Shown: positions 47,359 through 55,317 of the stretch, in pieces
Layout: every line of letters starts with the position of its first letter
Numbering within the stretch: the stretch's first letter is position 1
Assembly: GCA_036802685.1 (NCBI GenBank)
Contig: DAIRVS010000005.1
Location: forward strand, 10,027-71,880
Direction of reading: 5' to 3'
Origin: Myxococcota bacterium
GTDB lineage: Bacteria; Myxococcota_A; Polyangia; HGW-17
Length of the DNA: 61,854 nucleotides
Made by a program: the position numbers and the translations under genes
Notes under the pieces: model-generated
What the model saw: the letters and a program-made list of their open reading frames with translations, nothing else
Database searches by the model: none
What the model was told of the DNA's origin: nothing

Positions 47359-48522
47359 ATGAAGTGCTCCTCGAGGACGTTGCGTTTGGCCGTGACCCTG
47401 CTGTGGATCGTGTTGTCCATGGCGCTGGTCGCGGGCTGTTCGAAGAAGAAGAAGACCACCACCGCCACGAAGGATCCGGCCGCCGACAAGAAGGAGGCGT
47501 CCGCCTCGAAAGACGAGGCGGACAGCAAGGGCCAGGACACGAGCCCGGACACCACGCCCGACGGGGCCAAGGATGGCGACACGAGTCCCGACGCCACATC
47601 GGACACCCCGGCGGCGGACCCGAAGACCGACGCGGACGGGAAGCCGACGGATCCGAAGACCGATGCCCCCGCCCCGCCCCCCAAGGAGCAGTCCGAGGCC
47701 GAGAAGCTGCGGGGCAAGGTGCTCCAGGCGGAGCAGCTCGCGGCGAAGAAGACCGACGAGGCCTACAAGGAGGCGCTGGCGCTGATCACCGAGATCCTCA
47801 AGCAGGACTTCGCCAACTTCGATGCGCTCCTGGTGATGGCGACGATCCACTATCAGCAGGAGAACCTCGAGAAGATGCGCTCGGTGCTGGACTACATCCT
47901 GGGTCTGCACAAGAAGAACAACCCGCCCACCGAGCCCGGGCCGCAGTGGCAGTACATGATGGGCAAGTATTATCTCTTCCTCGCCGACAACGCCGAGACC
48001 AAGGGCATGAACATCAGCGCGATTTCTTATCGCAGCCAGGCCGAGAAGTACTTCGGCCATCCCAGCGCGGCCAGCCACCCCGAGGCGCAGTTCGCCCTGG
48101 GCGTGCTGCTGCTCGAGCGCGGCGAGCTCGATCTGGCCATCCCCGCCCTCGAGAAGGCCGAACGCCTCGGAGCCGGGAACGTGCTCAAGAAGGAGTGGCG
48201 GCTGCCGCTGAACCTGGGCGCGGCCTATCTAATGCAAAAGAAGGCCGACGCCGCCCTGACCAAGTTCGAATACGCGCTGACCCTCAACAAGAGCTGCGAG
48301 CGGTGCCACTACAACCTGGCGCTGCTCTTCGTCAGCGTCGAGGAGTTCCCGCAGGTGGGCAAGTACACCGACAAAGAGCGCGCCGACAAGGTCCTCCTGC
48401 ACGCCAAGGCCTACAACGAGTTCCTGAAGAAGAAGAAAAACGTGGACCGCGCGCTGCAGATCCGCATCGACGCGTGGCTCGAACTGGCCAGGGAGCGCCA
48501 GGCCGCGAAAGGATCCAAGTAA
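47359..48522 (+). CDS. TPR lipoprotein (GltE/AglT-like)
   Basis: 387 aa from MKCSSRTL..., lipobox VAGC, Asp/Thr/Pro linker, TPR repeats (AQFALGVLLLERGELDLAIPALEKA, CHYNLALLF). Confidence 0.8.
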   Translation: MKCSSRTLRLAVTLLWIVLSMALVAGCSKKKKTTTATKDPAADKKEASASKDEADSKGQDTSPDTTPDGAKDGDTSPDATSDTPAADPKTDADGKPTDPKTDAPAPPPKEQSEAEKLRGKVLQAEQLAAKKTDEAYKEALALITEILKQDFANFDALLVMATIHYQQENLEKMRSVLDYILGLHKKNNPPTEPGPQWQYMMGKYYLFLADNAETKGMNISAISYRSQAEKYFGHPSAASHPEAQFALGVLLLERGELDLAIPALEKAERLGAGNVLKKEWRLPLNLGAAYLMQKKADAALTKFEYALTLNKSCERCHYNLALLFVSVEEFPQVGKYTDKERADKVLLHAKAYNEFLKKKKNVDRALQIRIDAWLELARERQAAKGSK

Positions 48523-48770
48523 TGAGAATCATTCATCTTTTTCCATTGGTTGTCCTCGCCTGCGCGTGGCTCGCCCCCGTCCCCGCCCAGGGACAGGATC
48601 CCAAGACCGGCGGTGGAGATGTCCTCGAGGTCCAGATCCCGCGTCCGAAGTTCGAGATCTTCAAGGCCTGGGAGTATGGCGGCTTCTGGCGCTGGGATGA
48701 AAAAGATCCTCGTTTTTACCGGGATTTCCTGAAGAAGATCCACGATTCCCTCGCCACGGGGCCTTTCTGA
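48522..48770 (+). CDS. Small secreted GltF-like protein
   Basis: 82 aa, ATG overlaps the upstream TAA, signal peptide. Ends RDFLKKIHDSLATGPF, like the ...F-x-x-K-I-x-x-S-x-x-x-x-P-F end of small Glt-cluster proteins. Occupies the gltF position. Confidence 0.6.
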   Translation: MRIIHLFPLVVLACAWLAPVPAQGQDPKTGGGDVLEVQIPRPKFEIFKAWEYGGFWRWDEKDPRFYRDFLKKIHDSLATGPF

Positions 48771-48870
48771 TCAAATGCGCAGATTTTCCTTTCCCAAGAG
48801 GATTGAAATACGTTATAAATGCGAGCGCCCGGAGGTTGGGGTCCGGACGTTTTTGAGGAACAGCTGAAAT

Positions 48871-48898
48871 TTGATTGCTTTTTTCGAAAGGTTTTAAT
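48871..48898 (+). promoter_or_regulatory. Putative promoter of the motor operon
   Basis: TTGATT-N16-TTTAAT in an AT-rich intergenic region upstream of SD GGAGGA and the ATG at 48950. Confidence 0.4.
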
Positions 48899-48949
48899 AG
48901 GTTCGTCTCACTTTAACCGGGCTTGAGTGCCCTACCGGAGGATACGGAA

Positions 48950-49585
48950 ATGAGTGGTCTTGCAAAGGCATTTGTTGACGGCGGCGAGTTCATGTATGTC
49001 ATTCTGTTTGCGTCGGCATTTGGTATCGCCATCATCATCGAGCGGTCCATCTTCCTTCTGTTCCGCTACAACATCAACGCGGAAGCCTTCATGAGCCAGG
49101 TCATGCAGCTCGTCGGGTCGAACAACATCGACCAGGCGATCAAGCTCTGCAACGCCGCCCCCACGGCCGCGCTGCCCCGCGTCATCAAGGCCGGCCTCAC
49201 CAAGTACGGTGACGGCGCCGCCGCCGTGTCCGCCGCGATCGAGGAAGCCAAGCTCGAGATCGCCCCCGAGGTCACCCGCCGCACCCCGGCCCTGCAGGGC
49301 GTCGCCAACATCGCGACCCTGGTCGGTCTGCTCGGAACCATCATGGGCATGATTCAGGCGTTCGACGCCCTCGGCACGGCCACCCCCGAAAACCGCTCCG
49401 CGGTTCTGTCGCACGGCATCGCCGTCGCCATGAACACCACGGCCTTCGGTCTGATCGTCGCGGTGCCCTGCCTGACCGCGCACCTGCTGCTGACGGGCTT
49501 CACCAAGAAGATCATCGACGACGTGGAACTGTACTCCACGAAGCTGGACAACCTGCTGTCCCGGCGCCTGACCCGCGCCCGCTAG
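48950..49585 (+). CDS. MotA/TolQ/ExbB proton-channel family protein (AglR-like)
   Basis: 211 aa, three TMs. ATLVGLLGTIMGMIQAF, GIAVAMNTTAFGLIVAVP. Confidence 0.92.
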   Translation: MSGLAKAFVDGGEFMYVILFASAFGIAIIIERSIFLLFRYNINAEAFMSQVMQLVGSNNIDQAIKLCNAAPTAALPRVIKAGLTKYGDGAAAVSAAIEEAKLEIAPEVTRRTPALQGVANIATLVGLLGTIMGMIQAFDALGTATPENRSAVLSHGIAVAMNTTAFGLIVAVPCLTAHLLLTGFTKKIIDDVELYSTKLDNLLSRRLTRAR

Positions 49586-49689
49586 TGGGGGTTTCCAGTC
49601 GTTCGTCCACCGGCTGGCGACCCAATAGGGTCGCTTGACCGTCGGATGATAACGGGTTCGATGAACCGCAAGGATCGAGGAGTCCTGTC

Positions 49690-50349
49690 ATGGCAAGAAA
49701 GAAGATGGCTGTTGACGAAAGTTTGCGAGATCTGGACTTGATGCCGATCATGAATCTGCTCTGCCTGCTGATTCCCTTCTTGCTGCTGAGCGCCCAATTC
49801 ATTCAGATCGGTATCGTCCTGGTCGACACGCCCCGCCAGTCGAGGAATCAGACCCAGAAGAAAGATGACACGCAGAAGGTCCTGGGCCTGACAATCAACA
49901 TCAAGCAGGACGGCTACGACATCACCACCAAGAGTGGCGGTTCGGCCTGCCCGCAGCGCGCGGCCTCCAACCAGGTCTGCATCCCGGTCACCCATGCCGG
50001 CGGCAAGAAGGTCTACAACGCCGTGGCCCTGCGCAAGTTCCTGTACGACAAGTTCTACAAGCCCCATTACAAGAACAACACGCTCGACGCGAGCAAGGAT
50101 GCGGCCAAGCCGGCCGGCTCCTTCTCCGACTGGGGCAAGGTCACGATCGTCCCCGAGGACACCATCCTGTACGAGACGGTCATCGAGACCCTCGACGCGA
50201 CGCGTGAGCTTCCGCCCGAGGCCAAGAACGAGATCCAGGACGTCAAGGGCGGCACACTCGCCTGTGTCTTCAAGAAGAAGCCCGGCGACAAGGAATGGCA
50301 GCTCGAAGGCAATTGCATGTTCCCCCTCGTGGCAGTGGGTCGTCTCTAA
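49690..50349 (+). CDS. ExbD/TolR family protein (AglQ position)
   Basis: 219 aa. TM motif DLMPIMNLLCLLIPFLL, periplasmic VTIVPEDTILYETVIETLDATR. Confidence 0.85.
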   Translation: MARKKMAVDESLRDLDLMPIMNLLCLLIPFLLLSAQFIQIGIVLVDTPRQSRNQTQKKDDTQKVLGLTINIKQDGYDITTKSGGSACPQRAASNQVCIPVTHAGGKKVYNAVALRKFLYDKFYKPHYKNNTLDASKDAAKPAGSFSDWGKVTIVPEDTILYETVIETLDATRELPPEAKNEIQDVKGGTLACVFKKKPGDKEWQLEGNCMFPLVAVGRL

Positions 50350-50361
50350 AGGAGTGCGCAC

Positions 50362-50916
50362 ATGGTTGATGTGAAAACCAACGAACAGTTGCTGGAAGAC
50401 GAACTTCCGCCGAAAAAGAAAAAGGGCCCATGGACTCCGGGCGACAACCCGTTGACCATCACCTCCCTCATGGACGCGCTCACCATCATCCTGATCTTCC
50501 TGCTCAAGAGCTACGGGTCCGACCCGATGCAGGTCCCGCAGAAGAAGAACGAACTGATGGTTCCGAAGTCCGACACCATGAGCAACATGGTCGAGTGCGT
50601 CGACATCCAGATCTCCCGCACCACCATCGTGGTCAAGGGTAAAAAGGTCGTCGTCGTGACCAATGGTACGGTGTCCTCCTCCGACACCCCCGACGGCTTC
50701 ACGATCAAGGCCCTCAAGGACTCCCTGGATGAGATCGCCCGCAAGGAGATCGAGGACAAGGGTGGTCAGACGACCATCCAGAACTTCCAGGGTGAGGCCT
50801 TCATCGCCGCGGACACGAGCATCCCCTGGAAGCTGGTGAACCAGGTCATGATGACCTGCACTCGCGCCAAGTACACGCGGTTCAGTTTCGCCGTCGTCAA
50901 GACCCGCGGCGGCTGA
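50362..50916 (+). CDS. ExbD/TolR family protein (AglS-like)
   Basis: 184 aa. TM motif ITSLMDALTIILIFLLKSY, C-terminal IAADTSIPWKLVNQVMMTC. Confidence 0.88.
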   Translation: MVDVKTNEQLLEDELPPKKKKGPWTPGDNPLTITSLMDALTIILIFLLKSYGSDPMQVPQKKNELMVPKSDTMSNMVECVDIQISRTTIVVKGKKVVVVTNGTVSSSDTPDGFTIKALKDSLDEIARKEIEDKGGQTTIQNFQGEAFIAADTSIPWKLVNQVMMTCTRAKYTRFSFAVVKTRGG

Positions 50917-50987
50917 TCCGTCGTCCCGTCCTTCGATCCGTCCGCCCTCCACTTCCATTACAAACAGAAAGATCGCCCGCGATCAGG

Positions 50988-51030
50988 TTCGATTTCGATT
51001 TCGATTTCGATTTCGATTTCGACTGGGACT
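50988..51030. repeat. Hexamer tract (TTCGAT)5, i.e. (TCGAAA)n on the - strand
   Basis: Lies between the convergent aglS-like gene and recR. Confidence 0.9.
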
Positions 51031-51036
51031 CTAGGG

Positions 51037-51648
51037 TCAGTGACGGAGCTCGCGCTTGAGCGTGAAGGCGTGGGAGAGGGTGATGCCGTCGGTATACTCG
51101 AGCTCGCCACCGAAGGGAAGACCGGCGGCGAGCCGGTGGACGCGGATATGCCGGGGCAAAAGCTCGAGTAGATACTGGGCGGTGTAGTCCGCGTCGGCGA
51201 CGGCGTCGAAGGCCAGGATGACCTCGGTGATGCGTTCGGTGTCCACGCGGGCGACGAGGGAGTCCACGCGCAGGTCCTCGGGGAAGACCTGGTTGAGCGG
51301 CGAGATGTAGCCGCCAAGCACGTGGTAGCGGCCGTGGAAGATGGCGGCCTCCTCGATGGCCAGGACGTCCTGGATACGCCCCACCACGCAGAGTTGGCCG
51401 GGTTGCCGGTGGGGGGAGGCGCACAGCGCGCAGCTCTCCTGTGGCCGGGAGAAGAAGCCGCAGGTGGGGCAGTGGGCGAGCTCGGCCTGGAGGCGTCCCA
51501 GGGCCAGGTGAAGCTGGCGTGCCTTCTCGGGGGGCGCGTCGACGAGGTGGAAAGCCAGGCGCCGGGCGGTCTTGGCGCCGATGCCCGGCAAAGTGGAGAA
51601 CGCGGCCACGAGATCGGAGATGGCGGTGGGTAGAAGGGGAGCGCTCAT
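51037..51648 (-). CDS. recR: Recombination mediator RecR
   Basis: LPGIGAKTARRLAF, zinc finger CPTCG...CALC, YHVLGGYISPL, RLAAGLPFGGELEYTDGITL. Confidence 0.96.
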   Translation of the reverse strand: MSAPLLPTAISDLVAAFSTLPGIGAKTARRLAFHLVDAPPEKARQLHLALGRLQAELAHCPTCGFFSRPQESCALCASPHRQPGQLCVVGRIQDVLAIEEAAIFHGRYHVLGGYISPLNQVFPEDLRVDSLVARVDTERITEVILAFDAVADADYTAQYLLELLPRHIRVHRLAAGLPFGGELEYTDGITLSHAFTLKRELRH

Positions 51649-51655
51649 GGTGGAC

Positions 51656-51997
51656 TCAGAACAGCGGATTGTTCTGTAAGAAGGAGGCCATGGGACCGAG
51701 CTCCTCGGCAGCGATGGCCTGGGCTTTCTCGCGGCAGCGGTCGATCACCAGATTGAAGCAGGCGGCGACGAGATCCTCGGTCATCTCCCGATCCTGCAGA
51801 TCCATCAGGCTGGGGCTGAGGGTGACCCGGCGAATCCGCATGTTGGCGGTGGCCTCGATGGTGACCATGCCGCCGCCGGTCTCGGCGATGACGGTTTCGG
51901 AGGCGGTGCGCTGTTGCATCTTTTCCAGTTTGGCCGGGAGCTCGTTGAGGCCCGGCAGGAACGAGCCAAGGGCGGAGAAGTCCATCGGTGTCGGCAT
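51656..51997 (-). CDS. ybaB: YbaB/EbfC nucleoid-associated protein
   Basis: 113 aa. ETGGGMVTIEA, DREMTEDLVAACFN. Lies between dnaX and recR. Confidence 0.93.
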   Translation of the reverse strand: MPTPMDFSALGSFLPGLNELPAKLEKMQQRTASETVIAETGGGMVTIEATANMRIRRVTLSPSLMDLQDREMTEDLVAACFNLVIDRCREKAQAIAAEELGPMASFLQNNPLF

Positions 51998-52010
51998 GGG
52001 TCCCTCGTGT

Positions 52011-53789
52011 TCAGGTCAGGTCGGTGAAGTCGACGATCTCCCCTTGCATGCGGTCCAAAAGTAGGCGTACGAAGGGGTGGTTCTTCATCTCTTCCTCCTG
52101 ACGCTTCCAATCGGTGGCGACCTGGCGCTCGCGGACCTCCCGGGCCGAGGTGGCCAGGGTGACGCCCTGGGGGGCCACGGCGAGCTCGGTGGGCAAGGGT
52201 GGTTTGTCCGAGAGGGTCAGGAGGATGCCGCAGGAGACGCCCAGGTGGGCGGTTAGTTGGTCCTCGAGCACCTGGGTGTTGTCCAGCAGGCGGGTGTGGC
52301 TGAAATCGTGCTTGCCCCGGGCGAACCAGATATGCACGACCGTGCGTCCGTTCTCCTGCTGCGCGCCGCAGAAGCGTCCGTCATCGAGCAACATGCTCAG
52401 GGTGGGGAACGTGGGCCGCAGCACGGAGATGAAAGCCAGCCAGGTCTGGAGGTCGATGGTCGGCGACGGTGATGGTGACGGTGACGGTGACGGTGACGGT
52501 GACGGTGACGGTGACGGTCGCGGTGACGGTGACGGTGACGGTGACGGTGACGGTGACGGTCGCGGTCGCGGTTTTGGCGAAGGGGTAGGAGCGGCAGACG
52601 GCGCCGGGACGCCTGCGCGCGGTCCTGGGATTCCCCCGGCCGGCCGGCCCTGTTCCAGGCTCTCGAGCCGGGAGAACAGGTCGGTCAGCGGCACCAGCGG
52701 CTGGGCCAGCAACAGTTCACAGAACAGCATCTCGAGGGCCAACCGGGCCGAGCTGGCCCGAGCGATCTGATCGATGCCCAGAAATACACGGGAGAACAGA
52801 TGGTAGACGTGGTCGACCGGGTAGGCGGCGGTGCGCTCCTGTATTTCGTTGAGCTCCTCGGGCGTGAGGGAGAGGAAGCGCCCGGGATTTCCGGTGAGCC
52901 GGCATAGGACGAGGTCGCGAAACGCGGTGGCCAGCGCCTTGGTGAAATGGACCAGATCACTGCCATCGGTGAAGACCGTCTCGAGGATGGTGAACACTCC
53001 CTCGCGATCGCGTGCCAACAGCGCGAAGGCCATCTGTAAAAGGGCGCGCCGGTCCGAGAGGCCGAGCACGTGGGACACCTCGGCGGCCGTGAGCTCGCCG
53101 TCGGTGTGGTGGGCGAGCACCTGGTCGAGCAGGCTCAGGCTGTCGCGCACGCTCCCCTCGCCCTCGAGGGCGATGATGCGCAGGGCATCGCGGGAGGCGG
53201 TGAAACCCTCGCTCTGGAGCAGGCCCATCAGGTACGAGGTGAGCACGTCGGTGTCGACCCGGTGGAAGTCGAAGCGTTGCACGCGGGACAGGATGGTCGC
53301 CGGGATCTTGTGAGGCTCGGTCGTCGCCAGGATGAAGATCACGTGGGGTGGCGGCTCCTCGAGGGTCTTGAGCAGCGCGTTGAACGCCGACGTGGTGAGC
53401 ATGTGCACCTCGTCGATGATGACGATGCGGTAGCGCCCGGAGGACGGCATGTAGCGGATGTCCTCGCGTAGGGCGCGAACGCTGTCGACCCCGGTGTTGG
53501 TGGCGCCGTCGATCTCGAGGACGTCCACGTCCTTCGAGGCCGCGATGTCCGCGCAGTGCTGACAGCGGTTGCACGGGTTCACGGTGGGACCTTCGACGCA
53601 GTTCAGCGATTTGGCCAGGATGCGGGCGGTGGTGGTCTTGCCGGTGCCCCGCGCACCGGTGAACAGGAAGGCGTGGTGGACGCGTCCGCCGGTGATGGCG
53701 TTGCCCAGGATGGTGACGATGTGGTCCTGTCCGACGAGCTCGGCGAAGGTCTGCGGACGGTATCGGCGGGCGAGAACGAGATAGGCCAC
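52011..53789 (-). CDS. dnaX: DNA polymerase III subunit gamma/tau
   Basis: LARRYRPQTF, GARGTGKTT, C4 zinc module, IIDEVHML, FNALLKTLEEPP, GSVRDSLSLLDQ. GTG start. Confidence 0.97.
   Translation of the reverse strand: MAYLVLARRYRPQTFAELVGQDHIVTILGNAITGGRVHHAFLFTGARGTGKTTTARILAKSLNCVEGPTVNPCNRCQHCADIAASKDVDVLEIDGATNTGVDSVRALREDIRYMPSSGRYRIVIIDEVHMLTTSAFNALLKTLEEPPPHVIFILATTEPHKIPATILSRVQRFDFHRVDTDVLTSYLMGLLQSEGFTASRDALRIIALEGEGSVRDSLSLLDQVLAHHTDGELTAAEVSHVLGLSDRRALLQMAFALLARDREGVFTILETVFTDGSDLVHFTKALATAFRDLVLCRLTGNPGRFLSLTPEELNEIQERTAAYPVDHVYHLFSRVFLGIDQIARASSARLALEMLFCELLLAQPLVPLTDLFSRLESLEQGRPAGGIPGPRAGVPAPSAAPTPSPKPRPRPSPSPSPSPSPSPRPSPSPSPSPSPSPSPSPSPTIDLQTWLAFISVLRPTFPTLSMLLDDGRFCGAQQENGRTVVHIWFARGKHDFSHTRLLDNTQVLEDQLTAHLGVSCGILLTLSDKPPLPTELAVAPQGVTLATSAREVRERQVATDWKRQEEEMKNHPFVRLLLDRMQGEIVDFTDLT
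52465..52566 (-). repeat. Coding hexamer microsatellite (CCGTCA)n encoding (Pro-Ser)n in the DnaX linker
   Basis: + strand GACGGT repeats with two CGCGGT interruptions; translation PRPRPSPSPSPSPSPSPRPSPSPSPSPSPSPSPSPSPT. Confidence 0.92.
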
Positions 53790-53810
53790 GGCTGGTTCCG
53801 GAAAAAGGAA

Positions 53811-53912
53811 CAGCCCTTGAGGCTCCAGGCACCCGCTCGTACAGCTACCGTTGCTTCCTTCCGGACCTGGCGGGGTTCACAAAACTTGCGTCGCCCGGAG
53901 CCTCAAGGGCTG
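53811..53912 (-). ncRNA. ffs: Signal recognition particle RNA (4.5S)
   Basis: Minus strand contains GTGAACCCCGCCAGGTCCGGAAGGAAGCAACGG (SRP helix 8). Terminal arms CAGCCCTTGAGGCTCC/GGAGCCTCAAGGGCTG. Conserved position upstream of dnaX. Confidence 0.95.
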
Positions 53913-53915
53913 CGG

Positions 53916-54003
<88 letters not shown>

Positions 54004-54053
54004 AAAAATGTCGGCCGTTCCCGCTGCGACCACCGGAGGCCCAGCAGGATCTG

Positions 54054-54140
54054 CGGAGAGAAAGGGATTCGAACCCCCGGTACGATTACTCGTACACCTG
54101 ATTTCGAGTCAGGCTCCTTCGACCACTCGGACATCTCTCC
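54054..54140 (-). tRNA. tRNA-Ser (anticodon CGA)
   Basis: GGAGAGA acceptor stem, anticodon arm CCTGA-CTCGAAA-TCAGG, long variable arm, GGTTCGAATCC. CCA not encoded. Confidence 0.96.
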
Positions 54141-54260
54141 GGATGGAGAAAGGCAGAGTCCTTTCTCAACCGACCCAAACTAATAGAGGAAACAAGTTTC
54201 GATTGCAAGCAAAAAATCGGTCGGACCACCAGCGTTCGGGCGACCGTCCGCCGGCGACGG

Positions 54261-54289
54261 TTGCTTCCGGGATCGGGTGCGGGTACACT
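54261..54289 (+). promoter_or_regulatory. Putative sigma70-type promoter of miaA (likely leaderless transcript)
   Basis: TTGCTT-N17-TACACT; the in-frame GTG at 54296 is 7 nt downstream of the -10; no SD. Confidence 0.5.
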
Positions 54290-54298
54290 CCGTCCGTG

Positions 54299-55225
54299 AT
54301 GACGATCTCGGGTCCTTTCCCCCGCATCCTGGTGCTCGCCGGTCCAACTGCCTCGGGCAAGACCGCGGCCGCGATCGAACTGGCGCTGCGCTTTGGCGGC
54401 GAGATAGTGGGCGCCGACTCGGTGCAGGTGTACCGCCACCTGGACATCGGCTCGGCCAAGCCCACGGCCGAGGAGCGCGCGCGGGTGCCCCACCATTGCA
54501 TTGACCTGCTCGATCCCTGCGACGATCACTCGGTGGGCGCGTACCAGCGCGAGGCCTTGGCCTGCATCCGGGAACTCGTCGGTCGCGGGCGGCTTCCCGT
54601 CGTCGCGGGGGGCACCGGGCTCTACCTGCGCTCGCTCACCCATGGACTGTTCGAAGGTCCCGCGGCGGACCGGACGTTGCGCGCGCGCATGGAACAGGAG
54701 GAGGACGCGGCCCCCGGCGCGCTCCACGCCCGCCTGGCACAGGTGGATCCAGAGACCGCCGCCCGTCTGCACCCCCACGACCGGATACGCCTGATCCGCG
54801 CCCTGGAGGTATGGGAGAAGACGCGCATCCCGATCTCCGAGCACCACCGTCAGGACGCCCTGCGCCCCGCTCCGTGCGAGTCCCTGGTGTTCGTGCTCAA
54901 CCCGCCCAGAGAGGTGCTCTCGGCCCGCATCCGGGAGCGGGTGCGCCGGATGCTGGCGGACGGGTTCGTGGACGAGGTCCGCGCCCTCGTGGCGCGCTGG
55001 GGGGCCGACGCGCGGGCGCTGTCCTCCGTGGGTTACCGGGAGGTGGCCGCCTGCCTGCGGGGGGAGCTGGAGCCATCCTGCCTCGAGGACGAGATCGTGC
55101 GCGCCCATGAACGGTACGTGAAGCAGCAGCGGACTTGGTTCCGGGACTTCCCCCGCCAGGTCGCCTCGGCGGGCGAGCTGCCCCTCGACGAGCTCGCCGC
55201 CTGGGTGGCGTCCCGCACACCCTGA
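54299..55225 (+). CDS. miaA: tRNA dimethylallyltransferase
   Basis: LAGPTASGKT, ADSVQVYRHLDIGSAKP, AGGTGLY, DRIRLIRALEV, VGYREV, YVKQQRTWFR. Start at ATG 54299 or GTG 54296. Confidence 0.96.
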   Translation: MTISGPFPRILVLAGPTASGKTAAAIELALRFGGEIVGADSVQVYRHLDIGSAKPTAEERARVPHHCIDLLDPCDDHSVGAYQREALACIRELVGRGRLPVVAGGTGLYLRSLTHGLFEGPAADRTLRARMEQEEDAAPGALHARLAQVDPETAARLHPHDRIRLIRALEVWEKTRIPISEHHRQDALRPAPCESLVFVLNPPREVLSARIRERVRRMLADGFVDEVRALVARWGADARALSSVGYREVAACLRGELEPSCLEDEIVRAHERYVKQQRTWFRDFPRQVASAGELPLDELAAWVASRTP

Positions 55226-55317
55226 ATCTGGCCTTCCCCGTGGTCCCGGATTTTTCCGTTTGTAACCGCGCCCGGGTGCGGTATGCCTGAGCGGGGCCCG
55301 CCCCCGAACCCTGGAGG

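Noticed and set aside
52011-53789. Programmed -1 frameshift producing gamma from dnaX
   Set aside because: No A-AAA-AAG slippery heptamer or long A-run was noticed in the linker region. A computational scan would be needed to exclude it fully.
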